The notes under the pieces are model-generated. The model was given only the letters and a program-made list of their open reading frames with translations, searched no databases and was not told the origin of the DNA. Shown in pieces: positions 7,847-15,731 of a stretch of DNA of 32,000 bases (positions are counted from its first letter, which is position 1; each line of letters starts with the position of its first letter). Location of the stretch: NCBI RefSeq assembly GCF_047555085.1, contig NZ_CP180230.1, positions 840,001 through 872,000 of the forward strand. Direction: 5' to 3'. Made by a program: the position numbers and the translations under genes. The stretch comes from Candidatus Saccharimonadota bacterium. Its GTDB lineage: Archaea > Nanohalarchaeota > Nanosalinia > Nanosalinales > Nanosalinaceae.

Positions 7847-9157
7847 ATGATTGATAGAAAATACACTGCAGAGGTTACTTCTGATGATGACGGTGAGACT
7901 GTCTCAGTTGCGGGATGGGCTCATGAGATCCGTGATCTCGGAGGACTTACATTTGTTATCGTCAGAGATAGAGAAGGACAGGTTCAGGTCACTTTCAAAG
8001 AAGACGACAACGAGGAGCTTTTCGAAAAAGCCCAGGAGATTGGAAAAGAAGACATAATTCATGTTACTGGAGAAGTCGAAGAGACTGATCAGGCGCCTGG
8101 AGACAGAGAGATAAAGCCGACAAGTCTTGAAGTTATATCCAACGCAAGCTCTCCTCTCCCAATGGATATATCGAAGAACATCGACTCTGATCTATCCACA
8201 CGACTGGATAACAGATTCATGGATCTTCGACAGCCGAAGACACATGCAATCTTCTCACTTAGAAGCAAAGCAATGCAAGCAATGGAGGAATGGTTCGAGG
8301 AAGATGGCTACATCAACATCGATACACCTCTGATCTCCAAAGGAGGAGCGGAGGGAGGAGCAGAACTCTTCCCTGTAATCTACTACGAGGAAGAGGCCTT
8401 CCTTTCACAGAGCCCACAGCTTTACAAGCAGATGCTTATGGCTGCCGGCTTCGACAAAGTCTATGAGACCGGTACCGCCTTCCGTGCAGAAGAGTTCGCA
8501 ACCTCTCGACACGTCTCAGAGATCTCCATGTTCGACGTAGAGCTCGCCTTCATCGAAGACCACCATGACGTCATGGATGTGCAGGAGGAAAGCCTAAGAT
8601 ACACCCTGAAACAGGTCAGGAAAAAGGCTTCTAGAGAGCTGGATCTTCTCGACGTCGAGTTAGATGTTCCTGAGGAAGATTTCCCAAGAATCACCTTCGA
8701 TAGAGCTAGAGAAATCCTTAAGGAAGAATACGGCCACGTTCCAGAAGATCTTGGCGACCTGGACACGAAAGGAGAAAAACTTCTCGGAGAGCACTTCGAG
8801 GAGAAAGGCCATCCAGCGATTTTTGTAGTCGGCTACCCTGGAGAAAAGTTCTACTACATGCAGGAAGTCGAAGGCGACGAAGTAGCAAGCCGAAAATTCG
8901 ACCTGATCTACAAAGGCCAAGAACTTTCCTCAGGAGGACAGAGACAGCACGACCTCGATACGCTTGAAGAATGGATGGAGCGACAGGACGTGGACAAGTC
9001 CAACTTCAGCTTCTATCTGGAGGCCTTCAAGTTCGGGATGCCTCCACACGGAGGATACGGCCTGGGAATTGACAGGATGATCCAGAAGATAGCCGAACTT
9101 GACAACATCAAGGAAGCAATCCTGTTCCCAAGAGATCCTGACAGACTTACACCGTAA
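7847..9157 (+). CDS. aspS: Aspartyl-tRNA synthetase, archaeal type (class IIb), 436 aa
   Basis: The N-terminal OB fold ([30 protein letters not shown]) is present. Class II motifs are [24 protein letters not shown] and [35 protein letters not shown]. Confidence 0.9.
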   Translation: MIDRKYTAEVTSDDDGETVSVAGWAHEIRDLGGLTFVIVRDREGQVQVTFKEDDNEELFEKAQEIGKEDIIHVTGEVEETDQAPGDREIKPTSLEVISNASSPLPMDISKNIDSDLSTRLDNRFMDLRQPKTHAIFSLRSKAMQAMEEWFEEDGYINIDTPLISKGGAEGGAELFPVIYYEEEAFLSQSPQLYKQMLMAAGFDKVYETGTAFRAEEFATSRHVSEISMFDVELAFIEDHHDVMDVQEESLRYTLKQVRKKASRELDLLDVELDVPEEDFPRITFDRAREILKEEYGHVPEDLGDLDTKGEKLLGEHFEEKGHPAIFVVGYPGEKFYYMQEVEGDEVASRKFDLIYKGQELSSGGQRQHDLDTLEEWMERQDVDKSNFSFYLEAFKFGMPPHGGYGLGIDRMIQKIAELDNIKEAILFPRDPDRLTP

Positions 9158-9162
9158 AAAAT

Positions 9163-9184
9163 CTTTCAGAGGCCTTTCAGAGGC
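9163..9184. repeat. Perfect tandem duplication of an 11-mer (ctttcagaggc x2) in the convergent spacer between aspS and the next gene
   Basis: ctttcagaggc occupies 9163-9173 and again 9174-9184. One AGGCCT site spans the junction between the two copies, and an AGGCCC near-site follows the second copy. The two halves can also form an imperfect hairpin (agaggcc / ggcccct). Confidence 0.7.
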
Positions 9185-9208
9185 CCCTACATATCTTCTT
9201 ATTATTTC

Positions 9209-9631
9209 TCAGTTTCCGGATGTGAAAGTTTTTCTGTAGTAATGAGTTGCCAGAGATACTGCGAATATGGCATACGGGACTACGGCAGCCGCTATAGCTG
9301 AATAGATTAAAGCTAGCAGTATAGCTAATCCTCCTGCCCTTGAAGGAAGATAAAGCAGTGCCATACCTCCTATGATTATTACAGGAAGAGCTACGATAGA
9401 CAGTACAGCGGCGAGGCCTGTCCTCCTGAAATCTCTGTAATATGCCAGCGTTGAGAACAGAGGCACCAGCAATATAGCTGATACCGGAAGGATGAAAAAC
9501 TCCAGACTTGCATCCCCAGTCGCCAGATATACATAAACGGCTATACAGAAAAGTGCCAGAAAAAGTTCAAGGCCTAGAACACGTTTCTGACCAAGTTTGG
9601 AAATTATTTCTCTCATTGATGCAATTTTCAT
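9209..9631 (-). CDS. Small 4-TM membrane protein, function unknown (140 aa); paralogue of the upstream gene
   Basis: Hydrophobic ORF. It shares the YYRDFRRTGLAAVLSIVALPV and C-terminal HYYRKT signatures with the adjacent ORF (YYKGFRRTAVLSLVSAFIAPV, HYYITER). Confidence 0.6.
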   Translation of the reverse strand: MKIASMREIISKLGQKRVLGLELFLALFCIAVYVYLATGDASLEFFILPVSAILLVPLFSTLAYYRDFRRTGLAAVLSIVALPVIIIGGMALLYLPSRAGGLAILLALIYSAIAAAVVPYAIFAVSLATHYYRKTFTSGN

Positions 9632-10089
9632 CTCCTCTCAGTGATATAATAATGTAGCAAAACTGCTACCGGCGCCAGATATCCTATTACAACGGAAACC
9701 AGAACCATTGCTAAAAAGAGGAATAGATAGAGAAATGCAGCTTCAGTTCCTCCAGGCGATAAAATAATTAATAACAAGCTAAATACAGGAGCTATAAAAG
9801 CAGAAACTAATGACAAGACGGCCGTCCTGCGAAATCCTTTGTAGTAAGCATAAGTGTCGATAGGAATAAGAGCCAAAGCCATGGATGCAAATATGAAAAG
9901 AGGCCCTAAACTGCGTTCACCTGTATAGAAAAACAGATAAAACATCACTAGAAGAGCAAGTATAGATGCAACTTCTATATAGAGAAATTTCTTCTGCCTG
10001 GAACTTAGCTCCTGCTTAATACTTGAGGCCTGTCCCATAATTTCAAACATCAGAACGTTTACACCTCCATCGATAAAAAAACAGGCCAT
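9628..10089 (-). CDS. Small 4-TM membrane protein, function unknown (about 154 aa after start trimming); paralogue of 9209..9631
   Basis: The ORF track extends this to 10221, which overlaps the hydrolase gene by 92 nt with a non-hydrophobic, non-acidic extension. The internal ATG at 10087-10089 (MACFFIDGG...) gives a length comparable to the paralogue. Its stop overlaps the downstream gene's start by 4 nt, suggesting an operon. Confidence 0.55.
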   Translation of the reverse strand: MACFFIDGGVNVLMFEIMGQASSIKQELSSRQKKFLYIEVASILALLVMFYLFFYTGERSLGPLFIFASMALALIPIDTYAYYKGFRRTAVLSLVSAFIAPVFSLLLIILSPGGTEAAFLYLFLFLAMVLVSVVIGYLAPVAVLLHYYITERR

Positions 10090-10129
10090 AAGCGCGATAG
10101 CTGGCAAAATTTTCAAACCTGTGCTTTTT

Positions 10130-10684
10130 CTAGATAAATCTCTGCAGTTCTCTCCACAGTTCCGGGAAATCTGTGTAGCCAGATTCTGTGTTGAAGTGGC
10201 CTGCTCCTGCAATGAGTTCAAGATTGGCGCTTAAGTCTGAGGCGAGTTGTGCTCCTTTCTCCAGCGGGACGTAGGGATCTGATTCGGAGTGGAATACGAA
10301 GAACTCTTTGGAAGAGGCCTTTATTTTCTCGAAGTCAAACTCTTTCTCTGCGAAAGTTTCGTTTAATTCGTCGAACTCTATCCCTAGTTTTCCTGTGAAT
10401 CCTGAGATCAGGAAAGAGGCCTCTACAGTTGTATCGATTTCTTCTAGCACGCTGAGTATGAAGACTGCTCCGGTGCTGTGGCCGATAAGGACTGTTTCTT
10501 CGTCTATCTCTTTGTCCTGTTCGTCGAGTACTTTTTTCCAGTTCTCGAGTGTTTGGCCTTCAGGTGTCGGGAACTCGGGCCTAATTACTTCTATGCCCTC
10601 TTGCTCCAGTTTCTTCTTTATTTCAGGGAACCAGTGGTCGTATTTTCCGGCTCCGGTGCCGTGGAATATGAAGGCCTTTTTCAT
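10130..10684 (-). CDS. Alpha/beta-fold serine hydrolase (YdeN/RBBP9-like family), 184 aa
   Basis: N-terminal FIFHGTGAGKYDHWF, nucleophile elbow LIGHSTGA, acid FHSESDPYVP and histidine GAGHFN. This order and size are typical of the small Ser_hydrolase family. Confidence 0.7.
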   Translation of the reverse strand: MKKAFIFHGTGAGKYDHWFPEIKKKLEQEGIEVIRPEFPTPEGQTLENWKKVLDEQDKEIDEETVLIGHSTGAVFILSVLEEIDTTVEASFLISGFTGKLGIEFDELNETFAEKEFDFEKIKASSKEFFVFHSESDPYVPLEKGAQLASDLSANLELIAGAGHFNTESGYTDFPELWRELQRFI

Positions 10685-10721
10685 TCCTGATGCCTCTTAC
10701 AGGGGAAAAATTGGTTCCCTG

Positions 10722-10733
10722 TGTTTTTTAACC
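10722..10733. promoter_or_regulatory. Shared A/T box in the divergent hydrolase/smc spacer (candidate TATA element)
   Basis: tgttttttaacc ends about 26 nt upstream of the smc ATG (10757), which is the spacing expected for a leaderless archaeal transcript. The same tract read on the minus strand lies 40-49 nt upstream of the hydrolase ATG. Confidence 0.35.
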
Positions 10734-10756
10734 TGAGCCACACCATTTAGTTACAT

Positions 10757-13309
10757 ATGCCGGAGCAGGAGCTGGAACAGAAGGAAGAAGTAGATGAGGC
10801 CTCAGGAGCTAGTACGAAGATTACAAAGGTTAGCTGCAAAGGATTCAAGAGTTTCCAGCGTAGAACTTCTATCCCTTTCTATGAAGGCCTGACAGCTATC
10901 GTCGGTGAGAACGGGAACGGTAAATCAAATATACTTGATGCCTTAAGCTTTGTTTTTGGGAGAAGATCTTCTCGTTTGAGGGCTGAAAAGCTTGAGCAGC
11001 TTATTTTCAACGGAGGGGACTCAAGAAAAGCAGCGGATTACGCCCACTGTACAGTTCATCTTGACAACAGCGAGGGTATATTCGACGAGTTCCTTGAGGA
11101 GAAAGACGAAGAGGAGACAGATGAGATTACTCTTGGAAGGAAGATTACACGTGCCGGATCATCAATGTACAAGTTCATGGGGACGAACTGCAAACGTTCA
11201 TTCCTTGAAAGAGTAGCTGAGAAGGCTAATATCGATCCTGAAGGATACCACTTCGTCAGACAGGGAAAAGTTACTGAGATTGTCGAGCAGAGTGATGTAG
11301 AAAGGAGAAAAGTTATCGATGAGCTCTCCGGCGTCAAAGAGTTCGACGAGAAAAAAGATGAGGCCTTGAAGGAGCTAGATGAAGTTGAAGAAAAGCTTAA
11401 AGAACAGCAGATACTTCTGGACGAGAAGAAAGAGTACCTGGATAAACTGAAGGAAGAGAAGGAAATCGCACTGAAGTACAGAGAGCTTGAGGAAAGGAAA
11501 AAGAAGATAGAGGCCTCTGTGCTTGAGGTCAGGAAGCGGGCCTTGTCAAATAGACTTGCGAATATAAATACTGATACAGCTGAGAAAGAGGATCGTGTTG
11601 AGGAGCTTGAAGAGAAGCTTGAAGAGATTGATGAAGGGATAGATGATAAGCAGGATCGTATAGAGGAGATTGAAGATGAACAGAGTCAGGGGGATACTGA
11701 CGTTCAGCATCTGGAGAATCGTATAGATAAGAAGCGTGGCCAGATAGAGAACAAGCGTGACAAGCTGGAAGATCTTGAGGAGACTATTGAAGAGCTGGAG
11801 AAGATGAAGAACCGGCAGAATACTGGTTCTCGTGCTGTTGATGCCGTTTTATCGCTTGACAACGGCAAGATTGAGGGTGCCTTTCAGGATCTGATTTCTA
11901 CTGAAAATCGTTTTGCGGTAGCTATTGACACTGCTGCAGGAGGCCACATGAATGATGTTGTTGTAGAGGATAAGCAGACGGCTGTAGATGCCATTAACTA
12001 TCTGAAGAGGGAGAATATCGGAAGAGCGCGGATGCTACCTCTTGACAAGATCAAGGATCGTGATAAAAGTGCGAAGAGCCAGATGGCTTTGAAGAAGAAA
12101 GGTGTTATCGACTATGCATCGAATCTGATCGAGTACGATGACAAGTATGAGAGAGCTATCAATAATGTTTTCTCCGATACCTTGATCGCTGAAGATCTGG
12201 ATTCTGTAAAGGATGTTAACGGTGTTCGTGTCGTGACTCTTGACGGCGATGTTATGAGCCGCGGAGGATCGATGACAGGGGGAAAGAAGAAATCCAGAAA
12301 GAGCGGCAAGAACAAGAACCTGTCAAACAATCTTAATCCTGACAAGAAGAGAGAGGAGAAAAAGGAAGTGGAGGGAGAGATAGAGGAGCTTCAGAGAGAT
12401 ATCGCCGAGCTGAAGCAGATGAAGGAGAGAAAAGAGAACGAGCAGCAGACTGATGATGAGCTACGTGAAGAGAAACAGGAGATACGTGATGATTTAAGTG
12501 ATCTGCGTGAGGAAAGGCAGGAGCTTTACTCTGAGAAAGAGAAGTTGAAGTCCAAAATTAATGATGTTGGAAGCAAGAAAGCCAAGGCAAAGGCCGAACT
12601 GGAGAACGTCAAGCAGGACCTTGAGGAGTATGATTATGATGAAGATGAGCTTATAGGCCTGGATTCGACACCTGAAGATCTGAAGACTAAGAAGCGGAAA
12701 GTTTTGAAGAAGCAGAATTCTATGGGGCCTGTGAATATGCGTGCTATTGAGGAGTACAAGGAGAAGAAGGAGGAGTTTGACGAGTTCAAGGAGCAGGTGT
12801 CTGAGATCAGGCAGGAGAAGCTTGAGATCGAGGATTTGATCGATGAGATTGATCAGAAGCGGCGTGAAAGATTTATGGAGACTCTGAACAAGATAAACGA
12901 TGATTTCTCACGTATATTCACCCAGTTGTTCGATGGAGGGAATGGAGAGCTTGTTCTGGAAGATGATAACATAGACAAAGGCCTGAAGATCCGTGCAGCA
13001 CCTCCAGGGAAAGATCCCCACATTATTCAGGCCCTGAGTGGAGGGGAAAAGACTATGACAGCTATCGCATTTGTTTTCGCGATACTGGAGTACGAGGAAT
13101 CTCCTTTCTACATTATGGATGAGATAGATGCAGCACTGGACAAGCAGAACTCGAAGAGGCTTTCAGAGCTGCTGAAAGATTACTCTGACGGCAATCAGTT
13201 CATCGTGATTTCTCACAACGATATCACTGTGAGACATGCTGAGCGGGCCTACGGAGTGACTATGAAGGACGGTGTGACGAAGATGCGGAGTATAGAGTTA
13301 GATGTCTAG
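10757..13309 (+). CDS. smc: SMC chromosome-segregation ATPase, unusually short (850 aa)
   Basis: Walker A is GENGNGKSN. The hinge reads IEGAFQDLISTENRFAVAIDTAAGGHMNDVVVEDKQTAVDAINYLKRENIGRARMLPLDKI...GGSMTGG. Signature is LSGGEKTMTAIAFVFA and Walker B is FYIMDEIDAALD. Charged heptad-rich arms lie between head and hinge. scpA and scpB are nearby. Confidence 0.88.
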   Translation: MPEQELEQKEEVDEASGASTKITKVSCKGFKSFQRRTSIPFYEGLTAIVGENGNGKSNILDALSFVFGRRSSRLRAEKLEQLIFNGGDSRKAADYAHCTVHLDNSEGIFDEFLEEKDEEETDEITLGRKITRAGSSMYKFMGTNCKRSFLERVAEKANIDPEGYHFVRQGKVTEIVEQSDVERRKVIDELSGVKEFDEKKDEALKELDEVEEKLKEQQILLDEKKEYLDKLKEEKEIALKYRELEERKKKIEASVLEVRKRALSNRLANINTDTAEKEDRVEELEEKLEEIDEGIDDKQDRIEEIEDEQSQGDTDVQHLENRIDKKRGQIENKRDKLEDLEETIEELEKMKNRQNTGSRAVDAVLSLDNGKIEGAFQDLISTENRFAVAIDTAAGGHMNDVVVEDKQTAVDAINYLKRENIGRARMLPLDKIKDRDKSAKSQMALKKKGVIDYASNLIEYDDKYERAINNVFSDTLIAEDLDSVKDVNGVRVVTLDGDVMSRGGSMTGGKKKSRKSGKNKNLSNNLNPDKKREEKKEVEGEIEELQRDIAELKQMKERKENEQQTDDELREEKQEIRDDLSDLREERQELYSEKEKLKSKINDVGSKKAKAKAELENVKQDLEEYDYDEDELIGLDSTPEDLKTKKRKVLKKQNSMGPVNMRAIEEYKEKKEEFDEFKEQVSEIRQEKLEIEDLIDEIDQKRRERFMETLNKINDDFSRIFTQLFDGGNGELVLEDDNIDKGLKIRAAPPGKDPHIIQALSGGEKTMTAIAFVFAILEYEESPFYIMDEIDAALDKQNSKRLSELLKDYSDGNQFIVISHNDITVRHAERAYGVTMKDGVTKMRSIELDV

Positions 13310-13735
13310 GAATCCGTATCTATCCGCAGTATACAGGCCTATTCCCATTACAATGAGCAATATTGCGTAAGCTGAAATCCCTGCAAAAGAGTCCAGTATA
13401 TTTTCAGATAGTCTGGTGTTAACGAGAATATTGGTTATAGTCCCTACGATTGCTATAGTGAATATCGTCTTCATCCTGTCTCTCTCTGTGAAATTAATTA
13501 CTGAGAGTTTGAAGGCGTCTGCGATTAGTTTTAATGATAGAAAAGAGGCCATGAAAACAACTATGGCTCTAGAAGAGTAGAATCGGGAGGCCTGGGAAAA
13601 ATTTAGTAGATCTGTTACAATTGCAATAACGACCATGGAAAAGGATAAGACTAGGAGAGATGCAAATATAATTTCAAGAAAATTTTCATATTTATCCAGT
13701 TTTCTGGCGACCTTCCTGAAAAGGTCTGAACTCAT
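13298..13735 (-). CDS. Membrane protein, function unknown (145 aa)
   Basis: About 4 hydrophobic segments. The ATG overlaps the upstream gene's TAA by 1 nt (TAATG), suggesting translational coupling. Its 3' end overlaps the 3' end of smc by 12 nt (convergent). Confidence 0.55.
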   Translation of the reverse strand: MSSDLFRKVARKLDKYENFLEIIFASLLVLSFSMVVIAIVTDLLNFSQASRFYSSRAIVVFMASFLSLKLIADAFKLSVINFTERDRMKTIFTIAIVGTITNILVNTRLSENILDSFAGISAYAILLIVMGIGLYTADRYGFLDI

Positions 13736-14262
13736 TAATTATCTACCTTGCGAAAATGCTTTTCAGGACTCTTTCTCTGTTGCCTGTGAACGATAAAGAA
13801 TGAGGCTATTAGTACTGAAAGAATGATAGCATATGCAAGTGATGCCAGGACTGCATCAGTCATGGTCTGGAAGTCATCTAACCTGAACGTAATGATGCTT
13901 CTGACAATACCTATGATCGCTACGTCAACAACTAATGGAAGAACTTTTAACCCTTCCAAATGGGCAACAGACGTCCTAAACACCTCTACTATCAAGAAAA
14001 GTAACAGAGCTGTTTCAAGTATCCCAATCAAGCTTATAGGATCATAAAACTGTCCTGTAATGATCAATTCATATAGTTCTAGCCCCAGATCATAGACAGC
14101 TATACCAAAGAGAATGACAAGTATGACAACTACCGCCAACTGTAGGTAGTCCATGACCCTCTCCATCTTCTTAGCCAGTGTTGCTTCTAATCCACTCCTA
14201 TCTCTAGATACGTCCTTGACTAACTCCTCATAATTCTCTCTGGAATCTGATTCCTCTGCCAC
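13735..14262 (-). CDS. Membrane protein, possibly PsiE-like (175 aa)
   Basis: An acidic N-terminus is followed by 4 TM segments. LETALLLFLIVEVFRTSVAHLEGLKVLPLVVDVAIIGIVRSIITF resembles the PsiE-family pattern. This assignment is from memory and is not verified. Confidence 0.5.
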   Translation of the reverse strand: MAEESDSRENYEELVKDVSRDRSGLEATLAKKMERVMDYLQLAVVVILVILFGIAVYDLGLELYELIITGQFYDPISLIGILETALLLFLIVEVFRTSVAHLEGLKVLPLVVDVAIIGIVRSIITFRLDDFQTMTDAVLASLAYAIILSVLIASFFIVHRQQRKSPEKHFRKVDN

Positions 14263-14393
14263 GTTGTTAAATCACTCGTATCGCATTATAAATTTGATTA
14301 AAAATGGGCCTAGATTAACAGCAAAACCTAACAAGTTAAATAAAACAAGGATTAAAGGTGTTATACGGGGGAAACGGAAGTTTCAGTGAGAGG

Positions 14394-14412
14394 GGGATCA
14401 TGAGATGATCCC
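14394..14412 (+). promoter_or_regulatory. 8-bp stem / 3-nt loop hairpin whose 3' arm is an SD-like GATGATCC, 5 nt upstream of the scpA ATG
   Basis: gggatcat (14394-14401) and atgatccc (14405-14412) are exact reverse complements. gatgatcc is one mismatch from GGTGATCC, the complement of the conserved archaeal 16S 3' end. The scpA ATG is at 14417. Confidence 0.45.
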
Positions 14413-14416
14413 TTGA

Positions 14417-15130
14417 ATGGAAGATTACAACGTTAATATGGTGGCGGAGCAGCCGTGGGAGGAGACTCTGGAGTTTTTAACTTCAGATATGGATCCCGAG
14501 AGTATTGATATCTGTGTTCTTACTGATCGTTACAGGACTTACATCAAGGAGCTTCAGAAGAATGATCTTGAAGTTTCTGCCAAGGCGATCCGTGTCTGCG
14601 CTGCGTTACTTAATATGAAGGCTCAGGCCTTGCAGCTGGAAGAAGAGGAAGAGCCTGAAGAGGAGAATCCTATGGATTTCGAGGAGGAAGAATTAATTGA
14701 AGAGGAGGAGATGATAGAGGATGATGAGCCGGATCTTGTTGTCGGCCCCGATCTTGAGATGCCTGTGAAGCAGAAGCCACGCAGAAGAGTTCAGCTGGAT
14801 GAGCTGAAGGCCTCTCTTAAGGATGCTATGGATGTGAAGGAGCAGAGGGAGCAGAGGGAGCAGGAGCGTATGGAGATGGATCAGCAGTTTGAAGTTGAGG
14901 AGGAAGATCTCCAGTCCAAACTTAACTCTCTGTACGGACGGATCAAGAACTTTGTTTCTTCACCTACTGACAATGTTGACTTCACAGAGATAGTGGAGCA
15001 GGATGACAGTCAGGAAAGGATTGAGAAGTTCAAGCATGTACTGAATCTTGAAAATGATGAGAAAGTTGATCTTATACAGGAGGAGTTCCTTGGAAACCTG
15101 AGAATTAAACCTAAAGAACAGCCAAGTTAG
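14417..15130 (+). CDS. scpA: Segregation and condensation protein A (kleisin ScpA), with a long poly-acidic insert
   Basis: The N-terminal region reads WEETLEFLTSDMDPESIDICVLTDRYRTYIKELQKNDLEVSAKAIRVCAALLNMKAQAL. The C-terminal winged-helix-like region reads FTEIVEQDDSQERIEKFKHVLNLENDEKVDLIQEE. It sits next to scpB and near smc. The acidic insert is EEEEEPEEENPMDFEEEELIEEEEMIEDDEPD. Confidence 0.75.
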   Translation: MEDYNVNMVAEQPWEETLEFLTSDMDPESIDICVLTDRYRTYIKELQKNDLEVSAKAIRVCAALLNMKAQALQLEEEEEPEEENPMDFEEEELIEEEEMIEDDEPDLVVGPDLEMPVKQKPRRRVQLDELKASLKDAMDVKEQREQREQERMEMDQQFEVEEEDLQSKLNSLYGRIKNFVSSPTDNVDFTEIVEQDDSQERIEKFKHVLNLENDEKVDLIQEEFLGNLRIKPKEQPS

Positions 15131-15151
15131 ATATGAGGCCTGATATGATAA

Positions 15152-15694
15152 ATGGATGAAAAGAAGTCACGTATGGAAGCTGCTTTTTTCCTTGCTGAAG
15201 AGCCTCTTGAGAAGGATGAGATCTCTGATGTACTGAATCTTGGAAGCATGGGATTTGTGGAGGAGTTGATCGAGGATTACCAAGAGGATCTCGAGGAAAG
15301 TCACAGGGGCCTTGAACTGATAAGGACTGAGAACGGATACGAGTTGAAGGTGAAGAAGGATCACCTCGAGCATGTATCCCATCTTGCCCCTCACCAAGAT
15401 CTGAATGAAGGCCAGCTGCGTACCTTGAGCTTGATCGCATACAACGCACCGCTTGAACAGGCCGATCTTGTTGAGATCAGAGGCAATAGAGCGTATCAGC
15501 ACGTTAAGGAGCTTGTTAACCGTGGCTTTGTCGACAAGGAGAAGGATGGGCGTACCGCCGTACTTGATGTCACTGATTTTTTCCTTGAGTACTTTGATAT
15601 CGATTCAGTGGATGAATTCAAACGTATGGCGGACAGCGATGATGAAGAGGCCTCTGAAGAAGATGAAGAGTCTCATCCACGGGAGTTGCTTTAG
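15152..15694 (+). CDS. scpB: Segregation and condensation protein B (ScpB)
   Basis: MEAAFFLAEEPLEKDEISDVL...GLELIRTENGYELKVKKD...QLRTLSLIAYNAPLEQADLVEIRGNRAYQHVKELVNRGFV gives the tandem winged-helix pattern of ScpB. It lies directly downstream of scpA. Confidence 0.8.
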   Translation: MDEKKSRMEAAFFLAEEPLEKDEISDVLNLGSMGFVEELIEDYQEDLEESHRGLELIRTENGYELKVKKDHLEHVSHLAPHQDLNEGQLRTLSLIAYNAPLEQADLVEIRGNRAYQHVKELVNRGFVDKEKDGRTAVLDVTDFFLEYFDIDSVDEFKRMADSDDEEASEEDEESHPRELL

Positions 15695-15731
15695 GCCCGG
15701 CTTTTTGTAACTTGACTTCCTGATTTACTTC

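Noticed and set aside
10090-10221. The N-terminal 44-aa extension of the 9628..10221 ORF
   Set aside because: It would overlap the 3' end of the hydrolase gene by 92 nt. The extension is polar and non-acidic and is absent from the paralogue, so I trimmed the start to the ATG at 10089.
10308-10736. A 142-aa plus-strand ORF, plus many other 60-110 aa ORFs nested in or antisense to larger genes (for example 1141-1561, 5177-5509, 8461-8920, 15111-15502, 19400-19688, 25701-26027)
   Set aside because: All overlap stronger, motif-supported genes on the same or the opposite strand. Their Ser/Leu/Arg/Cys-rich composition is typical of off-frame translation of acidic genes.
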